Program-made: the position numbers and the translations under genes
Notes under the pieces: model-generated
What the model was told of the DNA's origin: nothing
Databases searched by the model: none
What the model saw: the letters and a program-made list of their open reading frames with translations, nothing else
Shown: positions 38,052 through 46,418 of the stretch, piece after piece
Position numbering within the stretch: the stretch's first letter is position 1
Layout of the letters: each line of letters opens with the position of its first letter
Source: Deferribacteres bacterium
GTDB taxonomy: Bacteria > Zhuqueibacterota > Zhuqueibacteria > Zhuqueibacterales > Geothermadaptataceae
NCBI GenBank assembly: GCA_020633655.1
Contig: JACKDF010000005.1
Location: 321,424 to 385,423 of the forward strand
Direction: 5' to 3'
DNA: 64,000 nt

Positions 38052-38238
38052 GTGAGAGGCGCACTCCGGTCTAACGGGGCCGGAGCCGCCTACTCGATTA
38101 GCATGTATTTCGTTTCTTTTTATTTATTCTTTAAAAATATTTATAAATCTCCAATTTGCTTCCGCATGAATGCGTAACAAGTCTATTACCTTGAAATACA
38201 GCGATTTTTCTCGTTTTTGATGCCGCTGTTTACCAAAC

Positions 38239-40845
38239 TTAACTTTTGTAAACCATTGCATGTTCATCGGGATTGAACCCTTTTGGGAATTTGGTATCAC
38301 CATCAAAATAAGCACCCTTAAGCTTAGTTCTGTTTAAATTCGTTCTACTGAGGTTTGTTGCTCTGAGATCAGCTCCGCTGAGGTTTGCGTTTTTAAGCCT
38401 GACCCTATCAAGTTTTGCATTTCGAAGATTTGTGTTAGTAAGAAAGGCTCCACTGAGATTAGCTTCACTTAAGTTTATTCCACTGAGGTCCATCCCGCTG
38501 AGATTCACTCCGTTGAGTTTACTTTTGCTAAGATTTACTCTATTAAGGTTTGCTCCCCTAAACTTGGCCATATAAAAATCACTACCGCTGAGATTTGCTC
38601 CACTAAAGTCAATCTCACTCAAATCAGCTCCTTTAAGGATAACTCCACTCAGATTGGCTCCTTGATAATCAACTCCACTGAGATTAATTTTCATTAAGTC
38701 AGTTCGCTTTAGATTTGATTTTTTATTATTTATTCCATTAAATTTCATTCCCTTGAGATTAGCTTGCTTTAGATTTGATGCTTTATTATTTATTCCATCA
38801 GGTATAATTTTTCTTATATCAGTTTGTTTTTTTTTATCTTTTATTATACTATTATCGGTAAAAATAATTTCATTTAAATTGACTCCATTATGATCGATCT
38901 CTTTAATGTCTATTCCGTGAAAATTAGTTTGAAAAAGAATGCTGCCTTTCAGGTTGATTCCTTGGATATTAGCATCCTGTAAATCAGCATTACTGAGATT
39001 AGCCATACTGAAATTTGCTCCATTGAGGATAGCTTTACAAAGTTTAGCTCCTTTGAGATTTGAATAACTGAGTTCAGCATTTGTTAAAATAGAACTAGTA
39101 AGATTTGCCCCAGCAAGACTGGTATTATTGAGATTAGCACTTTTGAGATCAGCATTGCTAAGATTAGTTCCTTCCAGATTTGCTCCTTTAAGATCAGCAT
39201 TACTTAAGCAGATACCTTCAAGATCAGCACCACTGAGATAAGCTTCATTAAGTATACTATCGCTTAGGTTGGCATTACAAAGAATTACTTCACTAAGAGT
39301 TGCATTATTTAATTTGGCTCTACGAAGATCTGCTTTTCCTAGGTTAGCTTCACTGATGACAGCACCTTTTAGATCTGCATCCCTAAGATTTGCTTCAGTG
39401 AGTACAGCTTCCATGAGATTAACATTATTTAAATTAGCACCCATCAGGTTTGCTCTAACTAGTTTAAGTCCACTTAGATTGCAATCACTGAAATTCAATC
39501 CAGTAAGGTCTGCTTCGCTGAGATCTATTTCTTGACTATAATGTAACTTAACTAATTCAGCGACAAATTTTTTTATTTGATCTGTCCAATCAAGAAAAAC
39601 GCGATCTTTTACTGGTAATTTAACAAAGTAATTTATGAAAAGGAATTCAAGGATTGATCTATGGGAAAACTTGTAATTCCCATAACCATCTCTATTTAAG
39701 AGGGATCGAGAACTGAGTTCAAGTTCATTTAGATCAATTTTATGAGTTAAAGCGAAAGGTACTAGCTCATGTCGTGGAATTTGACCATTATTTTCCTTTT
39801 GATAGCGATATAGGTGATTTGCAAGTGCTTCAGAAAATCGTCGGAGTGCGACTTTATCACTTATGCGTTCACGGTTGATCCAATGTATAATAATTTCTTC
39901 ATAGATATCATAACTATTTTTATATTCTTTATTAGGATCCATAAAACTCGACATATATTTTAACAACATTGGACGCAAAGCAAGGCTTGGTGCAGCTGAA
40001 ATGATTTGCCAAGCTTTTCTTCGCAGTTTATAATTTAAAATAGAGTATTTTTTCTTGATAAATTTTTGTACCTGCTCATCATTAAATGGAAGCAAGTATT
40101 GAATTGTAAACATTCTGTATCCATCACTTTGATCGGCATTGATGTTTGGTATTGAAGTTTTTCGTTTTATTGCTGCTGAATTAGGAAAAAATTGTGTACG
40201 GCTACTGATTAAAACTCTATTGAAACCTTCTGTTATATCTACCAACTGATTATAACGTGTATTAATACTCTCTATTGCAAATGGGTCTTCATCAAAAGCA
40301 TCGAGAAAAAGAATTGTATTTTTTTTATTCTCTATGTTTTTGATACATTGATCTACATTTTTTGCGTTAAGTCTGAGTACAATAATTTGTTTTTTGCTAA
40401 ATTTCTTATGTCGATAATTACGCATAAGTATATTAATCAAGGCAGCCGTTTTCCCGGTACCAGAATCTCCTAGTAAATACATATGTCGATTCTTTGCCCC
40501 TTCAGACAGAAATTCATCTATTTTTGTAAATAGTTTTTCATGTTTTTTCTCTCCATAGATTTTCTTAAGGTCCTCAGTATAAGATGGGTCACTCGGTGAA
40601 CAATACGGTTCAATATAAATATCAGTATAGCTTTTAATAGTTTCTTCATCAAAAAACTCAAACGTTATTTCATTGTTAATAATTTTTAACGCTTTATTGT
40701 CTTTCCATTTAGTTTTTAACTCTAAAATAGTTTTTATAATTATCAGTATAGTACTGATTCCCCCTATTATTTTTAAAATGGTAAATTGTTTTATATCGAA
40801 TATGTTTGTTAGAAGACTAATTATATCCTGGTTGTGAAAAAACAT
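38239..40845 (-). CDS. STAND NTPase: N-terminal TM helix, NACHT-type P-loop module, long C-terminal pentapeptide-repeat array
   Basis: 868 aa. TM helix at ~aa 22-42. Walker A LLGDSGTGKTAAL, Walker B ILFLDAFDE, then VLISSRTQFF and LLPFNDEQVQKFI (NACHT order). From ~aa 445 there are about 80 A(D/N)LxG-type pentapeptide units, interrupted once by a Lys-rich linker. Confidence 0.85.
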   Translation of the reverse strand: MFFHNQDIISLLTNIFDIKQFTILKIIGGISTILIIIKTILELKTKWKDNKALKIINNEITFEFFDEETIKSYTDIYIEPYCSPSDPSYTEDLKKIYGEKKHEKLFTKIDEFLSEGAKNRHMYLLGDSGTGKTAALINILMRNYRHKKFSKKQIIVLRLNAKNVDQCIKNIENKKNTILFLDAFDEDPFAIESINTRYNQLVDITEGFNRVLISSRTQFFPNSAAIKRKTSIPNINADQSDGYRMFTIQYLLPFNDEQVQKFIKKKYSILNYKLRRKAWQIISAAPSLALRPMLLKYMSSFMDPNKEYKNSYDIYEEIIIHWINRERISDKVALRRFSEALANHLYRYQKENNGQIPRHELVPFALTHKIDLNELELSSRSLLNRDGYGNYKFSHRSILEFLFINYFVKLPVKDRVFLDWTDQIKKFVAELVKLHYSQEIDLSEADLTGLNFSDCNLSGLKLVRANLMGANLNNVNLMEAVLTEANLRDADLKGAVISEANLGKADLRRAKLNNATLSEVILCNANLSDSILNEAYLSGADLEGICLSNADLKGANLEGTNLSNADLKSANLNNTSLAGANLTSSILTNAELSYSNLKGAKLCKAILNGANFSMANLSNADLQDANIQGINLKGSILFQTNFHGIDIKEIDHNGVNLNEIIFTDNSIIKDKKKQTDIRKIIPDGINNKASNLKQANLKGMKFNGINNKKSNLKRTDLMKINLSGVDYQGANLSGVILKGADLSEIDFSGANLSGSDFYMAKFRGANLNRVNLSKSKLNGVNLSGMDLSGINLSEANLSGAFLTNTNLRNAKLDRVRLKNANLSGADLRATNLSRTNLNRTKLKGAYFDGDTKFPKGFNPDEHAMVYKS

Positions 40846-40920
40846 TTTACTATTTTGATCCTATTTTTAGTAATTCTCATTTTGATCAAATTACCTACCA
40901 CCCCACCTGAGACTGATGCT

Positions 40921-40983
40921 AACGTTGAAGTCAGCGGCATGTGGAGCTTGCGGAAGCCCCACATGCCTCTGGACTGACAGGTT
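40921..40983 (-). repeat. attC-like imperfect palindrome S2
   Basis: AAC-GTTGAAGTCAGCGGCATGTGG (40921-40944) pairs with CCACATGCCTCTGGACTGACAG-GTT (40959-40983), with an inner GCTT-gcgg-AAGC hairpin. It starts 5 nt after the stop of the 93-aa ORF. On the minus strand it opens ATATAAC and closes GTTAGCA. Confidence 0.5.
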
Positions 40984-40987
40984 ATAT

Positions 40988-41269
40988 TTATTGCCATTCG
41001 GTGAAATTCAAATAACCTAGATACATAAAAAATAATGTACAAGCAGGGTATGCCAACATTTTTATCTTGTTATTTATCTTACCTAATTCAGGATGAGGTC
41101 TCATACCCAGCCAACATGATACAAAACACAGCACTAAGCCAAACAACAAACAGACACTATCAATGACCATGTTGCTTGAGTAGTAAACTGGAACTAGCAG
41201 CAAGAATCCTGCGTAAATAACAAAATCCGCTGGCTTTATACCCAACCATTCTTTAGTCGATTCTTTCAT
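40988..41269 (-). CDS. hypothetical small membrane protein (~93 aa, three hydrophobic segments)
   Basis: The ORF track gives 40988..41308 from a GTG. The ATG at 41269 (MKESTKEWLGIKPADFVIYAGFLLLVPV...) is more plausible. No family recognised. Confidence 0.45.
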   Translation of the reverse strand: MKESTKEWLGIKPADFVIYAGFLLLVPVYYSSNMVIDSVCLLFGLVLCFVSCWLGMRPHPELGKINNKIKMLAYPACTLFFMYLGYLNFTEWQ

Positions 41270-41284
41270 GTTATTCCCATAAAA

Positions 41285-41423
41285 ATATAACGTTAACGTG
41301 ATGCTCACCTGCTGGCGGGCTTAACAGCACAAAACATAAATAAATTATCAAAACTTCAAATACTGCACTGATCGTGCTGAAATTGCCGCCCTGCCCGCCA
41401 GTCAGGTGCAGCAATAGTTAGGT
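41285..41423 (-). repeat. attC-like imperfect palindrome S3
   Basis: CTCACCTGCTGGCGGGC (41304-41320) pairs with GCCCGCCAGTCAGGTG (41393-41408), with a 72-nt AT-rich loop. On the minus strand it opens ACCTAAC (41423-41417) and closes GTTAACGTTATAT (41297-41285). Confidence 0.5.
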
Positions 41424-41450
41424 GAAGTCAGTAGTACTTTTTAAAAAAAT

Positions 41451-44024
41451 TTAAAGAAATATAATTTCCTTGGGTACCCCATTTTCAAATTCTATCATCA
41501 ACCTCTTATCAAAATGATTATTAGTAAAAGTTACATGAAAATCTATATACTTTTTCAGTCCATCGCCAAATGCAACATTTCCAGTTTGTTGAAAGATATG
41601 ATCCATTTTAGAACTAATGTCCTGTATACTATCTAACTTTGCTTGCGTTTTATTTTGCTCAGCAATCATAATTGACTGAACTGATATTTCACATATTTTA
41701 CAAACTTGATCAGGTTGAATATCTGTATTCTCAATAGAAGTGAATCCCAGCATTTCATTTTTATTTAATAATTTCAAATTAGTTAAGACTGAGCCTGATG
41801 TATTCTTAATACTAATTATAAATTTTCCTGCTAAAACATCAAAATTTCCAATTTTTTCGATAACACATTTTAATTGATTAACTTTATTAATTTCAGGAAT
41901 ACTCTTAGTTTTAATAAAATTATTTTTTATTTCGTAACTATTGGTATTGAGCGACAATACCAAATCGTCATATTTTGAATAAAATTCATTTACTATTTCT
42001 TGTTTTGAGAGTTTGTTTTTACGTTCTTTTACAAAGCTCGATAACAAGCTTTCTTCTTTAGTAAATGTTGAATCAGATAACTTCTCAAATGAATCTAGAA
42101 TTTCAGGTGCTAATTTTTCTACAAGGATAATAGTTTCAGTCGTATCTTGTAGATAATCTGGCATATTCGCAGTAAGACAAAATAGTAAAATATTTGTCCA
42201 TGCCAATTCGGTGTCATTAGTCATTAAGTAGTTAAGACATAGTGTCCTATAGACTGATGCGAAAAGAGGTTTAAGACCAATAGCCTTTTTAGCAAATTCT
42301 ATAGATTTGTTATGTATTGATTTAATATAATAAAGCTGTGAGAGTTTAATATAGGGATACGGATTATTTGGAGCAAGTTCTAATGCCGCATTATAATAAT
42401 TAAGAGCCTGTTCGATATTATCTTTACGTTCATAAACTCTCCCAAGTTGAAAAAAAATCACAGGATCTGAAGGAGCTATTTCTTTCGCTTCCATAAGGAT
42501 TTCTATACAATTATCAAAATTTGCACTAAAAAGATATGCATCTGATAATCGATAGTAACCTAACATTTCTTCAGGTTCTTTTCGTATATACTGACGAAAA
42601 TAGTGTATTGCTCCCTCATAGTCACCTTCTTTCATATAACTTGTACCTAAAAACAAAGATACTCCAGCATTTGTAGATTTTATTATATCTTCATTTTTTT
42701 TTATTATTTGCAGAATTTCATCTGGTGTAATATTTTTATTTTCAAGGAATTGATCCCATGCGCTTGAAGGAGCTCTTAATATTTGTTCAGCCAGACTATC
42801 ATTAAAAGAGTTTATATAAACAACATTATCTCTATGATCTTGAGATATATAAAAAAGCTCAAAATTATTTGTTTCGCTGATTCTCTCAACTTCATCTTCA
42901 AAAAATCCTATTGTAAATTTAAAATTGAAGTATCCAGAATATTTTGAGTTGAAATCAACTAGTATATTTTGACCATCTTTAGATTCTATTACTATATATT
43001 TATTTCCTAAAACAGAACTTATTTTCTTTTTTGGATCAAGATTAACATGAAAAATTTCCCTATCAAACACACCTTTGGCTAATGATCCTACTACAATTCT
43101 TCTTGGAAGCTTTTCATAATTATTTAAAATTAACTCAATTTTGTCAATAGAAATCTGTTTTTCACTTTTATTAAAGAAAAAGAATTTTATTGGATCTCTG
43201 AATCTATCCTCTGAATAACCTTCTAAAGGAAGTAACCGAACTTTCTTTAATATTCCTTTTTCGATACAGTATGCATATTTATATGGGGGAGTAAAATGAT
43301 AAGCCGTTTTAATTGAAAGAGATTTGGATATAAGGGGTTGTTCAAAGACATTTATTATAATATCTTTACTTGAAAATATTTTTGATGATTTGTCAGTGAA
43401 ATGAAGAGAAATATTGCTAGCTCCAACATTTTTCCCCTTAATAATCATACTAATTTTATGCGTGCTATTTTTGTTTAGTTTTACTAGCTGTTCTAAATTT
43501 AATAATTCTATTGATACTATTTGATGATTCATTGTTATAGAATGTAGTTTTATATTTTCAATATCGCGCGTTCCTGTATTTCTCAACATTATATCCAAAT
43601 TTAATTCTTCATGAACTTGAATCTTATATTGGGATTTGTTTTCAATATGAAAAACATCTAATTTTGAATCACTACTAGTAGTGCTGTTGTTTGTCATTCT
43701 ATCAATATTTAAACTATCTAATTGAATTTCGTCTCTATCCTGAATTTTGCTCTCAGAGTTACTATTTACATTGACTATCTCCAGTTCTTTTTCTCCAAAA
43801 TATTGATAGTATATTTCTGTTGCCTTATCAATATTTGTAAGAAGTCCTATTATAGTGGTAAAAAAAGCAATGATCACACTTAATTTTGCTATTAACCATT
43901 TTCTTGGATTTCTGTGTTGCCAACATTTTGAATATGAACTAGTTGATTTAAGTTTTCTATTACATTTCTTTCCTGATTTAAGTATATGTTCACATTGCTT
44001 GTAAGATAATATAGTTTTTTCCAT
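41451..44024 (-). CDS. hypothetical 857-aa protein: Cys/His-rich N-terminus, one TM helix, beta-rich region, TPR repeats, unknown C-terminal domain
   Basis: The N-terminus reads CEHILKSGKKCNRKLKSTSSYSKCWQH, and the TM helix is WLIAKLSVIIAFFTTIIGLL. TPR-like repeats span ~aa 465-610 (GDYEGAIHYFRQYI..., ALNYYNAALELAPNNPYPY...). The gene is very AT-rich. Confidence 0.7.
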   Translation of the reverse strand: MEKTILSYKQCEHILKSGKKCNRKLKSTSSYSKCWQHRNPRKWLIAKLSVIIAFFTTIIGLLTNIDKATEIYYQYFGEKELEIVNVNSNSESKIQDRDEIQLDSLNIDRMTNNSTTSSDSKLDVFHIENKSQYKIQVHEELNLDIMLRNTGTRDIENIKLHSITMNHQIVSIELLNLEQLVKLNKNSTHKISMIIKGKNVGASNISLHFTDKSSKIFSSKDIIINVFEQPLISKSLSIKTAYHFTPPYKYAYCIEKGILKKVRLLPLEGYSEDRFRDPIKFFFFNKSEKQISIDKIELILNNYEKLPRRIVVGSLAKGVFDREIFHVNLDPKKKISSVLGNKYIVIESKDGQNILVDFNSKYSGYFNFKFTIGFFEDEVERISETNNFELFYISQDHRDNVVYINSFNDSLAEQILRAPSSAWDQFLENKNITPDEILQIIKKNEDIIKSTNAGVSLFLGTSYMKEGDYEGAIHYFRQYIRKEPEEMLGYYRLSDAYLFSANFDNCIEILMEAKEIAPSDPVIFFQLGRVYERKDNIEQALNYYNAALELAPNNPYPYIKLSQLYYIKSIHNKSIEFAKKAIGLKPLFASVYRTLCLNYLMTNDTELAWTNILLFCLTANMPDYLQDTTETIILVEKLAPEILDSFEKLSDSTFTKEESLLSSFVKERKNKLSKQEIVNEFYSKYDDLVLSLNTNSYEIKNNFIKTKSIPEINKVNQLKCVIEKIGNFDVLAGKFIISIKNTSGSVLTNLKLLNKNEMLGFTSIENTDIQPDQVCKICEISVQSIMIAEQNKTQAKLDSIQDISSKMDHIFQQTGNVAFGDGLKKYIDFHVTFTNNHFDKRLMIEFENGVPKEIIFL

Positions 44025-44086
44025 TTTTATCCTCTTATGATATTGTTAATTCATAAAATCTAAAAATGTAATATTCATAATCAAAC

Positions 44087-44167
44087 ACCTAACTTGTTTC
44101 TCACCGACTGGGAGAGGAAAGTTATAGCTTGTAAAAACTTGTCGGTGAGGAAAATGACTTGTTTTTT
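44087..44167 (-). repeat. attC-like imperfect palindrome S4
   Basis: TTTCTCACCGAC (44097-44108) pairs with GTCGGTGAGGAA (44141-44152), with a 32-nt loop. On the minus strand it opens AAAAAAC (44167-44161) and closes GTTAGGT (44093-44087). Confidence 0.5.
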
Positions 44168-44264
44168 AGATTATTACCATAAAAATAGAAATTTACATCC
44201 AATTGTTCAACAAAATATATGTTCATCTCCATGCAGGATATCAAAGGCAAAATTTCCATACTTT

Positions 44265-46052
44265 TTATTTTCCCCGCCGGAACGCTAACCATGCCAGGAC
44301 CAGAAAACCACTGGTTGACAAACCGATGGCAAGGATTGTAAGGAAACTGATTTCCCGGGAAATTATGAGCTTGTAGGGATCATCCCGGTCATACCAACAC
44401 GGTACAATAGCTCCCAGTTTGTTTTCTCTAAAGAATTGAAAGGATGCTGCTGCACTCGATATAACGTCGCCCTCTGGTGTTGCGTACCGTGCGGCTATTA
44501 TCGGCATTTGGTGGATCGTGGTTGTGGAACGACTTGTACGGCTTCCGCTCGTCGTTACGGATTTTAAGTAAAAACGACGGTCGAGAATCACTGCTTCCGA
44601 CTTGTCATAATTGGTATAAAGATGCACAGTTTCCATTATCAGTGTGTATGTTATAAGGGCGAAAAGCAACGAGAAAATACCCGCATTCAATCGACCGGCA
44701 ACCCTGGTGAAAGGATGTTTTCTACCCAGAAAATGCCAGGAACCGGCCCAAATCATAATTAGTAAGGGGAAGCTGAAAATCAAAAACAAACTAGCGACGG
44801 TTCCATCGACATATTCTGATTCCGATAATGGCTGACTCAGGTTTAAAAACAGGTCTTCTTCCTCGGAATAGGTTAACACGTTCCGAGCCCGCACATCAAC
44901 AGATAAATCGCCGGTGTCCCAGGCATCCCGAACAAAGATTCGCATGGTGAGAAAACCACTACTGCGTGCAGGCAGTGCTAACAACGGCCAATCAATTTTT
45001 TGGTCCAGTTGTGCCTGATAGGGATTAATAATTTTGCCATTATGCGATGTGCCAACAAACAAAGCTTCCGAATTCAAGGTGGCTTCAACTCTTACAACCC
45101 GTTTTGTGTCTGTATCGTTGGTTAAGCGGATTTTAAGTTCAGCCAGGTCACCGTGCTTCAACGGATCCGGATTTACACTAATTTTTGCAGGCGTTAATGA
45201 ACTTGTACTGTCCAGCTCTATCTGGTCTAACCAGTCCTGTCGCGCATGGCTCAGAAAATTCAGATTCTCGTTGCGATGAATGCTGCCATGGGCATAGTTA
45301 ACAAGCAGCTTGTCGACTTCCGAACTGTTACCCAGCCAATCCGCGACCGTTCGGCCGAAATCATCGACCGCGTTCACCTCGGCGCCATTTTCTGCTAATA
45401 TTTTTACCAGCTTTGGATTTGCTTCATAAACGTACATAAGCGGCGTTCTGCCGTTGTCATCCCGGGCATTTGGATCAGCACCATTGGAGAGCAGGACACT
45501 GGCTATCTCCTCGTTGTGCGTTCGCATCAATAATGTGGTTCCACCTTCCCCACGGGTATCCGGATTCAGCCCCGATTCAAGCAAAGGCTGCAGCATTTCC
45601 GGGGTTTTGGCATCATCAATTAGAGGGCGTCCAAAAGAATCCCGCGGTTCCGGATCACCTAAACCGACCCAGGCCAATTTGCGCACCAATGGCAGGTTGT
45701 CATTGTACATGGCCCGGTCAAGAAGCCGGGCCCGTTCTTCAAGAATTGGCCAGCCAAGGGGTGTTTTTAAAAGCAGGCTATCCGGCCATGCGGGAACGAG
45801 AGTTAATGCGCCTAAAATCAGGAGAGCTAAACTTCCAAGAATTGATACCGCATTTATTGGATGCGTCAGAAATGATTTTAATAACTTTTTCAGACCGAAA
45901 TAAATCAGGATTCCACCTATAAAACTCAGGAAAATAACACCCGCCAGGGGGACCAATCCGTAGAGAAGCCAGACATGCCCTACGGTTATTATCAGATAGA
46001 AAACCGTACCTGTCCAGCCTGGTTTGTCACGTTGCGCCTTGTTCTTTTTCAT
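44265..46052 (-). CDS. polytopic membrane protein with ankyrin repeats and a C-terminal DUF3592-like module
   Basis: The ORF track starts at a TTG at 46121. The ATG at 46052, preceded by AAAGGAGA, gives MKKNKAQRDKPGW... There are N-terminal TM helices and ANK repeats (GGTTLLMRTHNEEIASVLLSNGADPNARDDNGRTPLMY...LAENGAEVNAVDDFGRT). The C-terminal region is a beta-rich segment bracketed by TM helices. The DUF3592 assignment is tentative. Confidence 0.75.
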   Translation of the reverse strand: MKKNKAQRDKPGWTGTVFYLIITVGHVWLLYGLVPLAGVIFLSFIGGILIYFGLKKLLKSFLTHPINAVSILGSLALLILGALTLVPAWPDSLLLKTPLGWPILEERARLLDRAMYNDNLPLVRKLAWVGLGDPEPRDSFGRPLIDDAKTPEMLQPLLESGLNPDTRGEGGTTLLMRTHNEEIASVLLSNGADPNARDDNGRTPLMYVYEANPKLVKILAENGAEVNAVDDFGRTVADWLGNSSEVDKLLVNYAHGSIHRNENLNFLSHARQDWLDQIELDSTSSLTPAKISVNPDPLKHGDLAELKIRLTNDTDTKRVVRVEATLNSEALFVGTSHNGKIINPYQAQLDQKIDWPLLALPARSSGFLTMRIFVRDAWDTGDLSVDVRARNVLTYSEEEDLFLNLSQPLSESEYVDGTVASLFLIFSFPLLIMIWAGSWHFLGRKHPFTRVAGRLNAGIFSLLFALITYTLIMETVHLYTNYDKSEAVILDRRFYLKSVTTSGSRTSRSTTTIHQMPIIAARYATPEGDVISSAAASFQFFRENKLGAIVPCWYDRDDPYKLIISREISFLTILAIGLSTSGFLVLAWLAFRRGK

Positions 46053-46418
46053 TTTAATTATTTCGTCTCCTTTTAAGTGCTCTAAAAATCTGATATGCGG
46101 ACATACGGAAGTAACAGCCAATAGAAGTCATCCCATGATTCGATAAAAACCATCACACCGAGTTGAATGCGGTCAAAACAAAATGACTACAGGCTAGTAA
46201 TCACAGGACAAAACATTGCTATATGACCTTCTTTACCAGGTTCACTTCAGGACTGTGTACTTAATAAACCGGTTGTAGAAGTTATCTCATCCTGTCTAGG
46301 AATGCAAGGATCATTTGGGGCTTTGCCGGAAATAAGACAATATGAATACGCAAGTTACTACTACTTCTTTGGCAAATTCGAGTTTTGCCTAAAAAATAGG
46401 TAAGAGGAAAACAACCCT

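Larger units (their letters stand above)
36546..38093 (+). mobile_element. group II intron, class C-like, probably internally deleted in the 5' ribozyme half
   Basis: The 5' end reads GTGTGTGCCCGGCATGG..., followed by AGGGTGCAAGTCCC and GGAAATCTGAAGGAAGCG. The RT/maturase ORF is followed by a domain V hairpin and a D6-like helix (GGCG-CTCCGG...CCGGAG-CGCC) ending TAC at 38093. The ends resemble my recollection of the Oceanobacillus iheyensis IIC intron. Boundaries are good to about +/-3 nt. Confidence 0.8.

Noticed and set aside
38300-39540. Strong short-period DNA periodicity considered as a tandem repeat or CRISPR-like array
   Set aside because: It is the coding sequence of the pentapeptide repeats. 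The 15-nt periodicity is in frame within one long ORF, with no spacer/repeat alternation.
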